Below, in pieces: positions 31,019 through 42,185 of a DNA stretch of 64,000 nucleotides. The DNA is from Escherichia phage UPWr_E1. The stretch lies in the sequence record PP418985.1, one strand, 5' to 3'. The position numbers and the translations under genes are program-made. The first letter of the stretch is position 1, and each line of letters begins with the position of its first letter. The notes beneath the pieces are model-generated. The model saw only the letters and a program-made list of their open reading frames with translations, ran no database searches and was not told where the DNA came from.

Positions 31019-31663
31019 TTACGCAATACGCTTGAAATAAAATAGTGTTGAACCAAATTTTTCTTCCGTTCCCATTCTGGACCATGCACCATAACCATAA
31101 CGAGCAGGGGAATTTATTTCCCCACGAACGCTAATACCATATTTTTCTACGACCGTTGCTTCGTGTGCGTTTGAATCAATATACTGAATCTCTATTTTAT
31201 CATTACCAGTACCTTTCCGTTCAACTTTAGAAAATAAGATACTTTTGTCTTTCAATTCAGTAAATTTTGCTGCAACTGTCTCGCACAATGCAACATTCGA
31301 CGTTCCAACATTAACAACAAATGGATAACCCAAAACTTCAATTACAACTTTTTTCGCGGCTGGATCGTGTTTATTTGTTACCGTTCCAGTGAAGGACAGA
31401 GTTTCTATTTGTCCTGCCGCTTCCGGCGGTGTTGAATTTGTAGTTACCAATACATCACCAACATTAAGCATAGAAATGCTATACAAGTCATCAATTGCCG
31501 ATTGTACGTTGTTAATAAAAGAACCTTTGCGAGATTGGTCTACGTTTAATCCACCGATTGGGCGAATGTCGCCAATAATGGGGTCTTTCGACCCCGGATC
31601 GTATGAAATGAATGCTGCGTCGCTAGAAAATACACTTGCCTTAGAACGTGTTTTAGAAATCAT
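31019..31663 (-). CDS. 11: baseplate wedge protein gp11
   Basis: 214 aa; C-terminal YGYGAWS...TLFYFKR as in T4 gp11. Confidence 0.85.
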   Translation of the reverse strand: MISKTRSKASVFSSDAAFISYDPGSKDPIIGDIRPIGGLNVDQSRKGSFINNVQSAIDDLYSISMLNVGDVLVTTNSTPPEAAGQIETLSFTGTVTNKHDPAAKKVVIEVLGYPFVVNVGTSNVALCETVAAKFTELKDKSILFSKVERKGTGNDKIEIQYIDSNAHEATVVEKYGISVRGEINSPARYGYGAWSRMGTEEKFGSTLFYFKRIA

Positions 31664-31666
31664 ATA

Positions 31667-33469
31667 TTAACCTACCCTTAACCAACGATGAACGGTGCGA
31701 TATGGAGGAAGAATACCCATCATTGATGGGTCGGCATTCCCAGCATTAACTTTTACGATATCTTCACGGTATTTTGTGAATGCTGGACCCGCTGCGTCTG
31801 GGTCAACTTGACAACCACCGATGATGATTGATCCGCTATCATCCTTCACCAAAACACGATCAGTTGATTGTAATTCAGGAATCATATCTTTCTTGATTTG
31901 ATATGCAACTTCACCACCATTACCGCCAGCAGTATGTGTTGGTTGCCCGTGAATATCAAGATCGTTATTGTTTAATGCAAAATTCTGATCGCTTGCGTCA
32001 GAAGACCAACCAGCTAAAAACTCACCTTCTGCATACCGAACCCAGATGCCAAACCCCATATAGGTCGCTGGATTAGCTGGGTTATGTGCGTTTTCATATA
32101 TCGTGCCGATCGGATGGAAAATATCAAACAGTGAATATATATCCATAATTCGACCTGAATACTCTTCTGCCGGACGAGTGTTTTTCTGGCTAGGATTCTG
32201 GAAGTCTGTATATTCAATCTGTTTTGTTAAATTAACTTCGTCTTCGTTATTGAGATAAATCTTGTCTGCTTTTTCTTTAATTCCGCCGACACCATCCCAT
32301 TCTAATAGAGTTCCGATATCGTTATTAAACCAACGAATTGTTATAGTATCTCTATTGTCCAACGCTTTAGCTAATTTAATCCCTGTTACAATGCTATTCT
32401 CATCAAATACCAGTGAATAATCTTCTCCAGACTGTACCCACTGACCGCCAGCAAGTGCGCAACTCTCTTCGGTTTCTCCGTCAGCACCTTCACAGACAAA
32501 CGAAGGAAGATCAGCATCACCAGCTTTAATCATTTGAGTACCATTTATTAATAACTCAAATGAATTTGGGTTAATTATATCACGTTTACTAACGCCCAAA
32601 TCAGCGTTGGTAAATTCTTTTTTCTTCGATAAATCACCTACCCACACTTCACCAGGAATAGTTTCGAGTGCTGTCATTCCGGTATCATACACTCTAATTG
32701 TGTGTGTGATATAACTAGATCGGAATGATGCAATTCCGTCCATATATGTAATAATTTGAACGGTGTCCCCAGCCGAACAAGGAAAACGAAGTTTTATGCT
32801 TTTGCCATCAAGTTCAACAAGTGATCCATCCTCACCAATTGAACCGTAGTTAGAGTCATTACTAAAAGACTTGCCATAATATAAAAGGTTTCCTCGATAA
32901 TATACTTCGACATTTCGAGTGTTATATGTGTTGGAACCAAATACATTAGGGAAATCTGTTTGCCCTTCTGTGGCAATATAAACTTCCTTAGCTACTGTGC
33001 TTAGATCAGACGTAGTAATAGTGTCAACACGCTTGTTTTCGATATATTCCCAGCGTCCAGGCGCACAATAAACCAATTCAACATCCATGAAATCTTTATA
33101 CAATTCTCGGTCGATTGGTGATCCTTTAATTGTATCGCCTTGTGCTGGCTTAAGTGTTACGTTATGAGACGCCCACGAGCGCCAAACATCACGAAGTTTA
33201 ATTGTCTTGTTATAATCACCAACTCCACCTTTAGGAAGCTCTACCGACACCGAGTTGTTTGTTGTATTGATAGCCCACGCATCACCAAAATTAGGCTTTA
33301 ATAATGGCGCTGTATGCGTTTTCCATGCACCGGACGCGTGGGGGGTATCACCATCCCCCAGCTTAGTATAAAGTTCAGAAAAGTTGGCGTTGATCTTTTG
33401 ACCGCCCTTTCTTAGATAATCACCCGTACCGTCATCTACAACGTTACCGATATTAATTAATTGTTTCAT
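31667..33469 (-). CDS. 10: baseplate wedge protein gp10
   Basis: 600 aa; MKQLINIGNVVDDGTGDYLRKGG, ELVYCAPGRWEY, PIGTIYENA.NP.NP.TYMGFG, FALNNNDLD match recalled T4 gp10. Confidence 0.9.
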   Translation of the reverse strand: MKQLINIGNVVDDGTGDYLRKGGQKINANFSELYTKLGDGDTPHASGAWKTHTAPLLKPNFGDAWAINTTNNSVSVELPKGGVGDYNKTIKLRDVWRSWASHNVTLKPAQGDTIKGSPIDRELYKDFMDVELVYCAPGRWEYIENKRVDTITTSDLSTVAKEVYIATEGQTDFPNVFGSNTYNTRNVEVYYRGNLLYYGKSFSNDSNYGSIGEDGSLVELDGKSIKLRFPCSAGDTVQIITYMDGIASFRSSYITHTIRVYDTGMTALETIPGEVWVGDLSKKKEFTNADLGVSKRDIINPNSFELLINGTQMIKAGDADLPSFVCEGADGETEESCALAGGQWVQSGEDYSLVFDENSIVTGIKLAKALDNRDTITIRWFNNDIGTLLEWDGVGGIKEKADKIYLNNEDEVNLTKQIEYTDFQNPSQKNTRPAEEYSGRIMDIYSLFDIFHPIGTIYENAHNPANPATYMGFGIWVRYAEGEFLAGWSSDASDQNFALNNNDLDIHGQPTHTAGGNGGEVAYQIKKDMIPELQSTDRVLVKDDSGSIIIGGCQVDPDAAGPAFTKYREDIVKVNAGNADPSMMGILPPYRTVHRWLRVG

Positions 33470-34320
33470 GTAGCAACCCCGATTTTAATAGTGTCTGTGG
33501 CTTTAACTGCTAAACGAATATTTTCGCCAGTAGCCTTATACTCTGCATATACTTTATCGCCGGAACCAATGAAATAACGAACCGTGTATAATTCGTCTTC
33601 TGTTTTCTGTAAAACCGCATATTCTGTCGCGTAAACTTTTCCGGCTCTGGCATCAATCATCAATAGAGTTTCGCTTGAGCGCATTTTTGACCCCGCCGTA
33701 TTGCTAGCGGTTGTTAATAGTTTAATTGATACATATTCTGTTTTTGCTGCAATAGCAACGTTGGTTGCAACTCCAGTTACATTAACTGTCCTATCTAATG
33801 GTGTGGTTGTGTCGGTAAACATACTTTCTATACCCAGCCGCCAGGTAACTCTATTACCTTCAACGGCAGTGCACCAGACGGTGACTTTTGAGAAAGGTTG
33901 TGTTATTGCTGCGTCACCGGAATACCCGCTAATAGAATCTCCTGCTTGAGTTCTAATGTTTAGTGGTGTTGTTGCCGAAAAGCTACCGTTACTATTTATG
34001 AACACAACACCCTCACCAACTTTAGCTTTAGGAAGGATTGCTATTAATGCGCCTTGAGTTGTGTCAATATCATGCAGACTACCAATCTCTACCGCCGTTC
34101 CTACATAATTTTGTCGTGGGTGTTTCTGATAGTATCCAGTGGCATGAATAACCATTCGACCAGCACCATGATCAATCTCTTTTAGACGTTGGTCCGCAAA
34201 TGCGTCATAGATCGAATCAAAGTTATCATTAATTTTAACGCCACCGTCATATAAGATATCACCAGTCGATGGATTGCCGACTGTACCTGTGTCTATTCTT
34301 TTCTTTGGAACTTGTGCCAT
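33466..34320 (-). CDS. 9: baseplate wedge tail-fiber connector gp9
   Basis: 284 aa; PKKRIDTGTVGNPSTGDILYDGG, HATGYYQKH, FINSNGS match recalled T4 gp9. Confidence 0.85.
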   Translation of the reverse strand: MAQVPKKRIDTGTVGNPSTGDILYDGGVKINDNFDSIYDAFADQRLKEIDHGAGRMVIHATGYYQKHPRQNYVGTAVEIGSLHDIDTTQGALIAILPKAKVGEGVVFINSNGSFSATTPLNIRTQAGDSISGYSGDAAITQPFSKVTVWCTAVEGNRVTWRLGIESMFTDTTTPLDRTVNVTGVATNVAIAAKTEYVSIKLLTTASNTAGSKMRSSETLLMIDARAGKVYATEYAVLQKTEDELYTVRYFIGSGDKVYAEYKATGENIRLAVKATDTIKIGVAT

Positions 34321-34347
34321 TGTTTAATTCCTCATGTTATGATGTAT

Positions 34348-34355
34348 TATTTATA
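34348..34355 (-). promoter_or_regulatory. T4-type late promoter TATAAATA (gene 9)
   Basis: tatttata on plus strand 28 nt upstream of the gene 9 ATG. Confidence 0.6.
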
Positions 34356-34364
34356 AAATACATA

Positions 34365-34389
34365 CAAAAAAGCCGCCCACGAGGACGGC
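34365..34389 (-). terminator. rho-independent terminator after the methyltransferase cassette
   Basis: GCCGTCC-tcgt-GGGCGGC followed by TTTTTTG on minus strand. Confidence 0.7.
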
Positions 34390-34395
34390 TTATAA

Positions 34396-35235
34396 TTAAA
34401 TGTCAAACAAGTCTGAGAGCGTCCCAGACGCTGTTTCATGTTCCGGTAAGGTAATCTCCTTACTTTCTTCTATTTGTTCGTTAGGACGCGATTTAGGAGC
34501 TTCTGTGGCTTCTTTCTCGTAATACCGAACCTCAACCACTTCTGTTAAAACGTTGGTGCTGTGCCATTCATCGCGATAGATTGATGTATCGATACCACAT
34601 CCGGCATAAGTCACTAAACCAGTTTGTTTGCTCCATTTTAGATATTTATTAGACTTCACGGTCCCGTCATAATAAGGTCTGCCGGAATAGGCAAAACCAG
34701 CGGAACCCGAAGGAACAATAAAATAGCCAACATCGGCAAACTTCTGGCCTAATGTCATAACCTTAAATTCAAACTCACCACCAGTATATTCAAATACATC
34801 CTTTGTGTCGGTAGTATTGATTTTCCCGAAAGGTGGATTGCTAATTACAACATCGAATTTTTCGTTTGACTCAAATTCGAATACATCGCTTGTGATCCAT
34901 TCTGCTTCCGGTAATAGTCGTTTACCGATCCGCGCAAATTCTGGATTGAGTTCGACGCATACGATCTTTTCTGGCTTACAACGATGTAACATACAAAAAG
35001 ATAAACGACCGATCCCAGCACAAAGATCCAATACTTTTCCGGTACAGTGTGCATCAATGGTAAAATCCCAGGCAAGACCTTCTGGTGTAAAGAATGCACC
35101 TGAACCGCCTAGACCATCGCCCTGATAGTTGTTATAGCAAAATTCTTTTTCTTCATATGTCAATGGACGATCTGAATTAATCAACTCCATTGCTCGGTCG
35201 TGTAATTTTTGTTCTTGTTTAGAAAGTCGTGCCAT
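34396..35235 (-). CDS. SAM-dependent methyltransferase (gamma-class, NPPF catalytic motif; amino-methyltransferase type)
   Basis: motif I VLDLCAGIGRLS upstream of motif IV VVISNPPFG; 279 aa; TAATG overlap with upstream ORF. Confidence 0.75.
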   Translation of the reverse strand: MARLSKQEQKLHDRAMELINSDRPLTYEEKEFCYNNYQGDGLGGSGAFFTPEGLAWDFTIDAHCTGKVLDLCAGIGRLSFCMLHRCKPEKIVCVELNPEFARIGKRLLPEAEWITSDVFEFESNEKFDVVISNPPFGKINTTDTKDVFEYTGGEFEFKVMTLGQKFADVGYFIVPSGSAGFAYSGRPYYDGTVKSNKYLKWSKQTGLVTYAGCGIDTSIYRDEWHSTNVLTEVVEVRYYEKEATEAPKSRPNEQIEESKEITLPEHETASGTLSDLFDI

Positions 35236-35564
35236 TATTTAACCTTTGCAGTGACGGTAACGCTATGCCCCAAATAAACATGAGACATAAAGAACACAAA
35301 GTTTTTAAATTGCGGATTCTTTCGAATAAACCGTTTCAATTTTCGAATACAAGTAATGTTATGGTCATAATTAGAGTAATTAAATTTGATACCCTGTTCC
35401 ATCATCGCATTAACTTCATCTTGAGAATGCCACTTCTTATCATGGTCACAAAACCAATAGTTATCATGCCATTTTTCTTGAAGATGCAAGCCCCAAAACA
35501 CTTTATGCATTGGATGTTTTGGTTTACCCATTGTGTAATGCAGTTTAATATTTACGCGTGCCAT
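35235..35564 (-). CDS. hypothetical protein (109 aa), His/Trp-rich
   Basis: translationally coupled within the cassette; starts MAR like its neighbours. Confidence 0.55.
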   Translation of the reverse strand: MARVNIKLHYTMGKPKHPMHKVFWGLHLQEKWHDNYWFCDHDKKWHSQDEVNAMMEQGIKFNYSNYDHNITCIRKLKRFIRKNPQFKNFVFFMSHVYLGHSVTVTAKVK

Positions 35565-35809
35565 TTTCTATCACTCCACATACCGAAAGTTGGATTATAC
35601 ACAAAATGTATAGCTTCATCAATAGTCTTGAATCGTTTGGTTACGTTAGCGCAATTAATACCCTCCCATAGTTCATCGGTGTAATCGGATAGTGATGAAT
35701 GAGTATGATCGATGATCTCTCCGATCTTTTCACCGTTCGCGATCACATCCCAACCGCAAGGGGATACCTGAATTGCTTCACAATTATCTGTAAATTTACG
35801 ACGTGCCAT
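35552..35809 (-). CDS. hypothetical protein (85 aa)
   Basis: GGAGGA RBS; first gene after the cassette promoter. Confidence 0.55.
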   Translation of the reverse strand: MARRKFTDNCEAIQVSPCGWDVIANGEKIGEIIDHTHSSLSDYTDELWEGINCANVTKRFKTIDEAIHFVYNPTFGMWSDRKWHA

Positions 35810-35838
35810 AATTTATCCTCCGTTGTTTAGATGTGAGC

Positions 35839-35866
35839 ATTATACCTTACCTGACAAGATTGTCAA
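35839..35866 (-). promoter_or_regulatory. sigma70-type early promoter (TTGACA-16-TATAAT) for the methyltransferase cassette
   Basis: consensus hexamers on minus strand inside the late baseplate gene cluster. Confidence 0.65.
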
Positions 35867-35876
35867 CACCCAAAAT

Positions 35877-35905
35877 GTAAAAAGCCAACTCTCTCGAATT
35901 GGCTT
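35877..35905 (-). terminator. rho-independent terminator after gene 8
   Basis: AAGCCAA-ttcgagagag-TTGGCTT followed by TTTT on minus strand. Confidence 0.6.
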
Positions 35906-35919
35906 TTAAAATCATACAC

Positions 35920-36915
35920 TTAGAACTCAAACAATACAGAAACAAGTTCTGTTTGATCTAATGACCGAACGATAGGTTGTCGGTTTTCCATATAGATCAT
36001 TTCGCCTGAGTGCGGCTCTAAGTCTTGCGGACGGTACTTATCTTTAACCGCTTTAACGTCTGGATCGCTAGGGCGTGCTTTCTTTTCCAATGGGTTAAGG
36101 ATAATGCTTAACTGACGGAAACCAGTATTACCCACTAACGCGGAAGTTGGGAATTGCGCAGAGTCCATATAAGCCTGAAAACGCAAAGTTACTACTTTCA
36201 GCCGATAAAGCAGATTATAGTCATTATACCAGGTGATCACATTGTCATAGCCCCAACGCGCCGGATCTTGTCTCAATTCATCCGGGAATGGAACAACAAT
36301 ATGTTCATTGGTGCAACGGTTGATCGCCGCATCAGGCGGAATTGTGTACAGGTATTCCCAACGATATCCATCACCCATATCAATAGAATCGCCCTTTCCT
36401 ACAGGTGGCGCAATTGATTCATGGGTAGGTGTCCACTTTCCTCCCAACTTCAAACACTCTACTTTAGCGTCAATGCTTGAAATAGAGCAGTAACCGCGAT
36501 CAGGAACATCTGTTACACGGTAAACCATCCAGCCGCTACCAACATCTGTACGGTTATATGGTGCTGAGTTTACGACAACAATGTCATTGATAAAGAACGT
36601 GCGCGGGTTATCCTGTCCGGTATCACCCCAATCTTTACGAGGGATAACCGCATCAAGAAGTGATTTGTTAATCTTAACCGCCCCCATCATATGGGTCCAC
36701 ATGTCAACAACACCAGCCGTTGAATCGGTCGGATAAGGTGGGGCAAAGCCCACCTCTTTTTCGTTTTCTGACCACGGCTCCGAACGTCCAAACGTTCCAT
36801 AAATTGTAATTTGATTTGCTCCATCGCCTACAGAATTATAGAAGTTCAGAAGTTTTTCTGTTCTGAATTTGCTAGTAATGATTGAGCGATAGATCACACT
36901 ATTTTCATTAGCCAT
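35920..36915 (-). CDS. 8: baseplate wedge protein gp8
   Basis: 331 aa; VIYRSIITSKFRTEKLLNFYNS, FGRSEPWS.NE.EVGFAPPYPTDS, HSGEMIYMENR match recalled T4 gp8. Confidence 0.9.
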   Translation of the reverse strand: MANENSVIYRSIITSKFRTEKLLNFYNSVGDGANQITIYGTFGRSEPWSENEKEVGFAPPYPTDSTAGVVDMWTHMMGAVKINKSLLDAVIPRKDWGDTGQDNPRTFFINDIVVVNSAPYNRTDVGSGWMVYRVTDVPDRGYCSISSIDAKVECLKLGGKWTPTHESIAPPVGKGDSIDMGDGYRWEYLYTIPPDAAINRCTNEHIVVPFPDELRQDPARWGYDNVITWYNDYNLLYRLKVVTLRFQAYMDSAQFPTSALVGNTGFRQLSIILNPLEKKARPSDPDVKAVKDKYRPQDLEPHSGEMIYMENRQPIVRSLDQTELVSVLFEF

Positions 36916-39900
36916 TAATTTTCCTCTGTGTCGGATTCTTCGGATCTCGTGGATTTCCTATATTATCCTTCAACCGTTTATCCACGAGTTCACGGAACAT
37001 AGAGAACGTTACCGCTGATTGGTCAAACAATGGACTCATATCAAACCGACGTTCGCTTGCTTTCAGACCGTGGAATAGTTCGCTATTTTCCTGATCGTAA
37101 TCAGGCGGTACAGGGAACTCTTCGCCAATTGTCGGTGACGTTAAGTATAATGGTTTCCCTGTTAGCGGGTCAATCTTAATATTTCCATCAACATCAAGGT
37201 CAGCAACACGATCAGGATACACTCTAGGTAATCCGCTGTCAAACTTATAGTTTTTAAGAGTTCTGATTATAGTTTCTACGTGTCTCATACTTAACCCGCT
37301 ATTAATAAACATTGTAAGAAGAGTAACACCTATGAAACCAAAACCCACAGGATGAACAAATCTCATAACGTCATTTGCATATCTGGAAGTAGGTAAAGCA
37401 CTCTTAATCTTCATGGTGTATTGGCTGCGTGAGCGGTTGATATAGTCGATTGAACTACTTAACAACTCTTTACCACGTACACCAACAAGGATCATCCCCT
37501 CGAATGCAGTTTTCTCTGACTTGATCAATTGACCTTCTTCGAACCTTCCGATCAGGTTATGAATGGTTATTCGCCAGCGTAGGCGACCTCCTTCATATTC
37601 CCTTTCAAGATACGTCACGTTAGCCCGTCCGGTTGGAGTATAGATCGTGCGTCCTACGATATCCTCATCAATATTCGTTGAACTAACAACAATATCATAC
37701 TCTAGTCCGGCTTGTGATTCAACCTCAATTTCTACATCTTCGTTATAAAGCAACTTAAACAGGAACTTATAAGAAGCCTCCACACCCTTAGTGGAATAAA
37801 AATCTGATTTACGGGATTCAAAGAATCTTACTACCGCATCTCGCTTGTTTTTGTCTGCATAGATATTTCGTTTGTTCATCTCTGACCAAAGATACTCATA
37901 TGCATCTTGTTCTCGTGGATATTTGTTTTTAATCAGATTTTTTAGTTTGTTATAGTATGTTCCTGAACCATCACTTAAGAATTGCAGATAATATTCAGAA
38001 AATTTTCTGAAATTTTCATTCTCCAGCAAGAAACTGTCTGGTGTCATCTTATTCAATAAAGGCCGTAAATCTGGATCTTGTTCTCTGTCATAGTGAACTG
38101 GAACCCAGGGCACTTCACGAACCTGATTCTGTAATTCTGCAACAAGTGCTACATTTGTAGGTTTCCAATATACACCGACCTGATCGCGAACACGATAATT
38201 AAATTGATAAAATCCTATGATCTCCCCTGTGTTTTTATGGAACATCACACCAGATGCATATTGTTTGAATCCTTCAAATTTAACGTTGTTCAGATAACAG
38301 GTTACGGTCCCTTTATCATATACTTCACGGTTAATTCTGTTTTTATCAAGAATGCCGGAAGTATCAACTTCCTGAGTATAGACAACTTCTGGATAAACAA
38401 CCAACGGGCGATTATCATTTGTGATCCATACACGAACACCGTTTCGACGCATCCATGTATAATCAGCCTCATTATAATACGCTTGCGGTCCTAATTCCCA
38501 AATACGCAAATCATCATAACTTGCTCTGAAAGTAGTTTGATGTATTTTCTTATCAGTTAGATAAGTTGGCTCCTGAGAATATTTTACTGCCTCGCTTAAT
38601 TCATATTTCGCGGCAGTTTCTGGATCAGGTAAAATGCTTTCGAAATGATGATTATAATGGCTTATGAATGCCTCATCACCATTGGTTGACATATTACTGA
38701 ACCCATGCTGAATATATTCCCTTTCTTGCGGAGTGTTGCCAAATACTCGCTGAAAAGATAATCCATCGCTCCCAATCAAGTATACCCCCGCATCGTCTGA
38801 CGGGACAACGTTTCCAGGTTTAGTCGGATCTTGATAACGCTGTTTAACTTCACCTGTAACAAATACCAGTAATTTTCCGTCAACAACATCCATTTTCTGA
38901 ATAACAGCTTTGTCATTTCCTGTTACCCGGATAATATCAGGGTCAAATATCTTTTCCCCAAATGTAGGCGAACCCTGAACGGTATCAACCGGAGTATTCT
39001 TAAGGCGAATCCGGCGAATAACATCCTTAGCACCAACCCACAAATAGTCATCACTACACGCCATAGCTTCGGCGTATTTTGTAGTGTCTCCTGTCAGTCT
39101 AGCAAGTACACCAAATACTTCAACATCAAACCCTAAATCGTTTTCGTCACCAACTTTTGCGAATGTGATAGTATCATCACTAAAGCGAACATCGTCGGCA
39201 CTCCATCGGGTATCGCTGGCTTGTCGTCCGTAAAAGATACGGTCATATCCTAAAACGTAAGTAGTAATCTTAGACTGATAAACGCATGTACGGGAAACCG
39301 GATTGCCTACACGGTCGTTAAACGCTTTATATGCTTTCCATGATTGGCCTTTATCGTTCGACACCTTCACAATTGGCTGGAATCGCTCAAAAAGATATAG
39401 CACACCGTTCATTTCCGCTAACATGGTGCGGTTTATGTCAGTACAGACTTTTTCTATATGATCTTGGATCTCGTGAAAGTTTTCATCAACAATAATTTTG
39501 TTAGAAATATTTGTGATGTTTGCATATTCAGGACTGAAAACAAAATCTTCCTGCATCAATGATGCTTGAATTAAATCAGTATTGAATTTAATATAATCAC
39601 GATTATCATATGTAAACTTTTGCTTAACAAATTCATTCGCCAGATTAAATTCTCGCATCGTTGAAAAGTTGTAAGCATTGGTCTTGAATGTCTGAAACTC
39701 TTCGGTTTCAATCCATTTACTTTGTTCAAATCCTTCTGCGGCTACTGCTACACGAAACTTGTAATAATATTCTGGAAAAAGGTTTTTATCTTCAAACCAG
39801 TTTTGATCGGCAGTATATCCCAGGTTTACCCAGCTTAACTCATCGACGGGGATGATCTCCCCGTCTCGCGTTCTGGTTTCGGCTAACTCCACAAAATAAA

Positions 39901-39994
39901 AGAAGTTTTCGCCTACGTCATCCCATGTGATATACGCCTGATTAGCAGACAATTTTTCTATTGTCAAGCTAGTTACACTAGGCGCTTTAATCAT
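36908..39994 (-). CDS. 7: baseplate wedge initiator gp7
   Basis: 1028 aa; size and position between 6 and 8; overlapping stop/start with both neighbours. Confidence 0.85.
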   Translation of the reverse strand: MIKAPSVTSLTIEKLSANQAYITWDDVGENFFYFVELAETRTRDGEIIPVDELSWVNLGYTADQNWFEDKNLFPEYYYKFRVAVAAEGFEQSKWIETEEFQTFKTNAYNFSTMREFNLANEFVKQKFTYDNRDYIKFNTDLIQASLMQEDFVFSPEYANITNISNKIIVDENFHEIQDHIEKVCTDINRTMLAEMNGVLYLFERFQPIVKVSNDKGQSWKAYKAFNDRVGNPVSRTCVYQSKITTYVLGYDRIFYGRQASDTRWSADDVRFSDDTITFAKVGDENDLGFDVEVFGVLARLTGDTTKYAEAMACSDDYLWVGAKDVIRRIRLKNTPVDTVQGSPTFGEKIFDPDIIRVTGNDKAVIQKMDVVDGKLLVFVTGEVKQRYQDPTKPGNVVPSDDAGVYLIGSDGLSFQRVFGNTPQEREYIQHGFSNMSTNGDEAFISHYNHHFESILPDPETAAKYELSEAVKYSQEPTYLTDKKIHQTTFRASYDDLRIWELGPQAYYNEADYTWMRRNGVRVWITNDNRPLVVYPEVVYTQEVDTSGILDKNRINREVYDKGTVTCYLNNVKFEGFKQYASGVMFHKNTGEIIGFYQFNYRVRDQVGVYWKPTNVALVAELQNQVREVPWVPVHYDREQDPDLRPLLNKMTPDSFLLENENFRKFSEYYLQFLSDGSGTYYNKLKNLIKNKYPREQDAYEYLWSEMNKRNIYADKNKRDAVVRFFESRKSDFYSTKGVEASYKFLFKLLYNEDVEIEVESQAGLEYDIVVSSTNIDEDIVGRTIYTPTGRANVTYLEREYEGGRLRWRITIHNLIGRFEEGQLIKSEKTAFEGMILVGVRGKELLSSSIDYINRSRSQYTMKIKSALPTSRYANDVMRFVHPVGFGFIGVTLLTMFINSGLSMRHVETIIRTLKNYKFDSGLPRVYPDRVADLDVDGNIKIDPLTGKPLYLTSPTIGEEFPVPPDYDQENSELFHGLKASERRFDMSPLFDQSAVTFSMFRELVDKRLKDNIGNPRDPKNPTQRKING

Positions 39995-41895
39995 TGAGCA
40001 ATTGCCTCCAGACTAATAGTTGTATACTGAGGACGGAGATCGTTTTCAAACACGATCAAAGAACCGTCTTTAGTAAAGATGTTATCAGCAATCGGTTTAG
40101 CTGTCAACTCAATATATGAACCAGTAAAGCGATCGCTATTGATATTCAGTTTACCCAGATCCCATGAAATAAGGTCTTCATAATGCTGAACCTCTCCAAC
40201 CTCAAAGTATAGGTCCGCACCGTCGATAATCTCTTTATCAAAATCAGTGCCGGAATAGTGCGGTAAAGCGATTGTAGAACCAACAGGGAAAGGTCCAACC
40301 AGCAATTTAGCTAAACCGGATTCTTTGTTCATTTCTGTACTTACATAATGGATCGGATATTGCTTGTCGTCCTTTTCGAAGTTGAATGAACTAGACTTAA
40401 TTCCGCTCTTATACTGGTTTAAAAACTTGATTCCAGCCATAGGTGCTTTATAGAAGTTGTCGATCTCTCGCACCATCTCGATTTCTGCACTAGAACCTAT
40501 CACAGACACGTCAGCTTTGTCAATACGAGCAAGCATTTTAGACTTACTAAATGTCTGGTTAAAAATTTCCACTTCGTCGGTATAATATGCATCAATCTGA
40601 TCAATAACCGCACCGCGCAACCACTGCTCTGATTCTGACAAGTCGTTGATTGAATAGGAAACTTTAATATTCTGTTTAATATACAGATAGTTAGGGTCAA
40701 TTATGCTCGGCGTGATAGGGGCAAGATTATATTTTGCCAGATAATCCCGCATATCTTCTTTTTGAACAGTTGTCAAACGCAAGCCAGATTTAGGCTTAAC
40801 AGCAACAAAAGCATAACCCGGTTTTTCTCGGTCGGTGAAACATTGTACAGCCTGAACAATACTACCAAAACGGCTAGACACAAAAGCCTCATAGTCGGAA
40901 GCAGTTACACAACGACGCTGAGATTCACGCATTACCGGAGCAAGTTCACGAATACGTTCGATTGATTCAGGATCACCACCACCATCTGCACCGACATAAT
41001 CACGATCATTTGTCGGATTCTCAATAATTTTAACAATAGAAATTGATGCCAATGTATCCGCATATGTAAAATTAACTGAACCGTTTGCTTCCGCGCCCTT
41101 AGTGCTGATATATTCAATAACAATATTAGCACCAGTTGACGGCTTAAGTCCACCAATATAATTTGCTTCCAGTGCACCGCCAGCAGCAGATAAAGTTGAT
41201 TCACCTTCACCAAAGAAGATTTCTGTATGTCCGTCTACGGTTTCACGCATATAGAAAATATTACTAGCGCCAGTTGCATTAACAATACTTTCTCGCGTCC
41301 AGTCTTTCCATTCAGCACCGTCTACCCACAACTTAACCTGAGCGCGGTCAATATCAGGGTCACGGATCAGAATTTGTTTCTTCGGATCAAATAACATTTC
41401 TGTACGAACAATACGACCTTGTGCGACTTTAAGCATAGGCGTATATAAACCATTTGAACCTAAAACGCTCACAACGTCTTCTGTAGTCACAAACGGATAA
41501 GACGTCTGGCGATCCACACTTGCAATAAATTTAGTTCCTCGTGGGATTCGAATACTTGCCGGATTTCGCGGATGTGATACATGCAACATAATTGTAGTTG
41601 ATGCACTAGTTTTACTTGCTGGCAAATATCCTAAATCTTGCGCGGCTTGAACCACTGAACTACGTTTAATTGCAGTTCTGATAAAAGATTCATATAGAGC
41701 GGCGTTAGCGAATTGCTGAATATACAGAGTGTTATATGCGAGCAAGTCCATCAATACGTTAATACCAGCACCATTAAAATCAAAATCTTTAAATTCTTCC
41801 TGGTTTCTCATCCAGTCTGTTAATGCGCTTTTAATTTCATCGAATGTAGCAGCATTAAAAATATCAGGAATTTGTGTAATCTTTTGCTTTGTCAT
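39991..41895 (-). CDS. 6: baseplate wedge protein gp6
   Basis: 634 aa; [48 protein letters not shown] match recalled T4 gp6. Confidence 0.9.
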   Translation of the reverse strand: MTKQKITQIPDIFNAATFDEIKSALTDWMRNQEEFKDFDFNGAGINVLMDLLAYNTLYIQQFANAALYESFIRTAIKRSSVVQAAQDLGYLPASKTSASTTIMLHVSHPRNPASIRIPRGTKFIASVDRQTSYPFVTTEDVVSVLGSNGLYTPMLKVAQGRIVRTEMLFDPKKQILIRDPDIDRAQVKLWVDGAEWKDWTRESIVNATGASNIFYMRETVDGHTEIFFGEGESTLSAAGGALEANYIGGLKPSTGANIVIEYISTKGAEANGSVNFTYADTLASISIVKIIENPTNDRDYVGADGGGDPESIERIRELAPVMRESQRRCVTASDYEAFVSSRFGSIVQAVQCFTDREKPGYAFVAVKPKSGLRLTTVQKEDMRDYLAKYNLAPITPSIIDPNYLYIKQNIKVSYSINDLSESEQWLRGAVIDQIDAYYTDEVEIFNQTFSKSKMLARIDKADVSVIGSSAEIEMVREIDNFYKAPMAGIKFLNQYKSGIKSSSFNFEKDDKQYPIHYVSTEMNKESGLAKLLVGPFPVGSTIALPHYSGTDFDKEIIDGADLYFEVGEVQHYEDLISWDLGKLNINSDRFTGSYIELTAKPIADNIFTKDGSLIVFENDLRPQYTTISLEAIAQ

Positions 41896-42185
41896 TTTAT
41901 GAATACCTTCGGTGATGCCATAGCGACGGTATCGCCACAGCTAATACGATCTGCCATTTGAATTGCTTTCTTTCCGGTAACAAATACTTTCGGGGTACTG
42001 GCGACCGTAGTTCCCCCGTGTGTATCATAAGGCTTTGTTGTTTTTGTGTGTGGTGTAATTGGGTCTCCTTCGACTAATACAGGGATACCCTCAACAAATA
42101 CCTTAGATTGAGTTGCATTAATTACCGTAGGTGGGTAGTTTCCGTGCCCTGTAGTTTTAGCTTTATCGTAGGATAATCCAGCCAT
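41892..42185 (-). CDS. 5.4: PAAR-repeat spike tip protein gp5.4
   Basis: 97 aa; SGHGNYPP ... VFVEG ... CGD pattern typical of PAAR proteins; directly downstream of 5 and 5.1. Confidence 0.8.
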   Translation of the reverse strand: MAGLSYDKAKTTGHGNYPPTVINATQSKVFVEGIPVLVEGDPITPHTKTTKPYDTHGGTTVASTPKVFVTGKKAIQMADRISCGDTVAMASPKVFIK

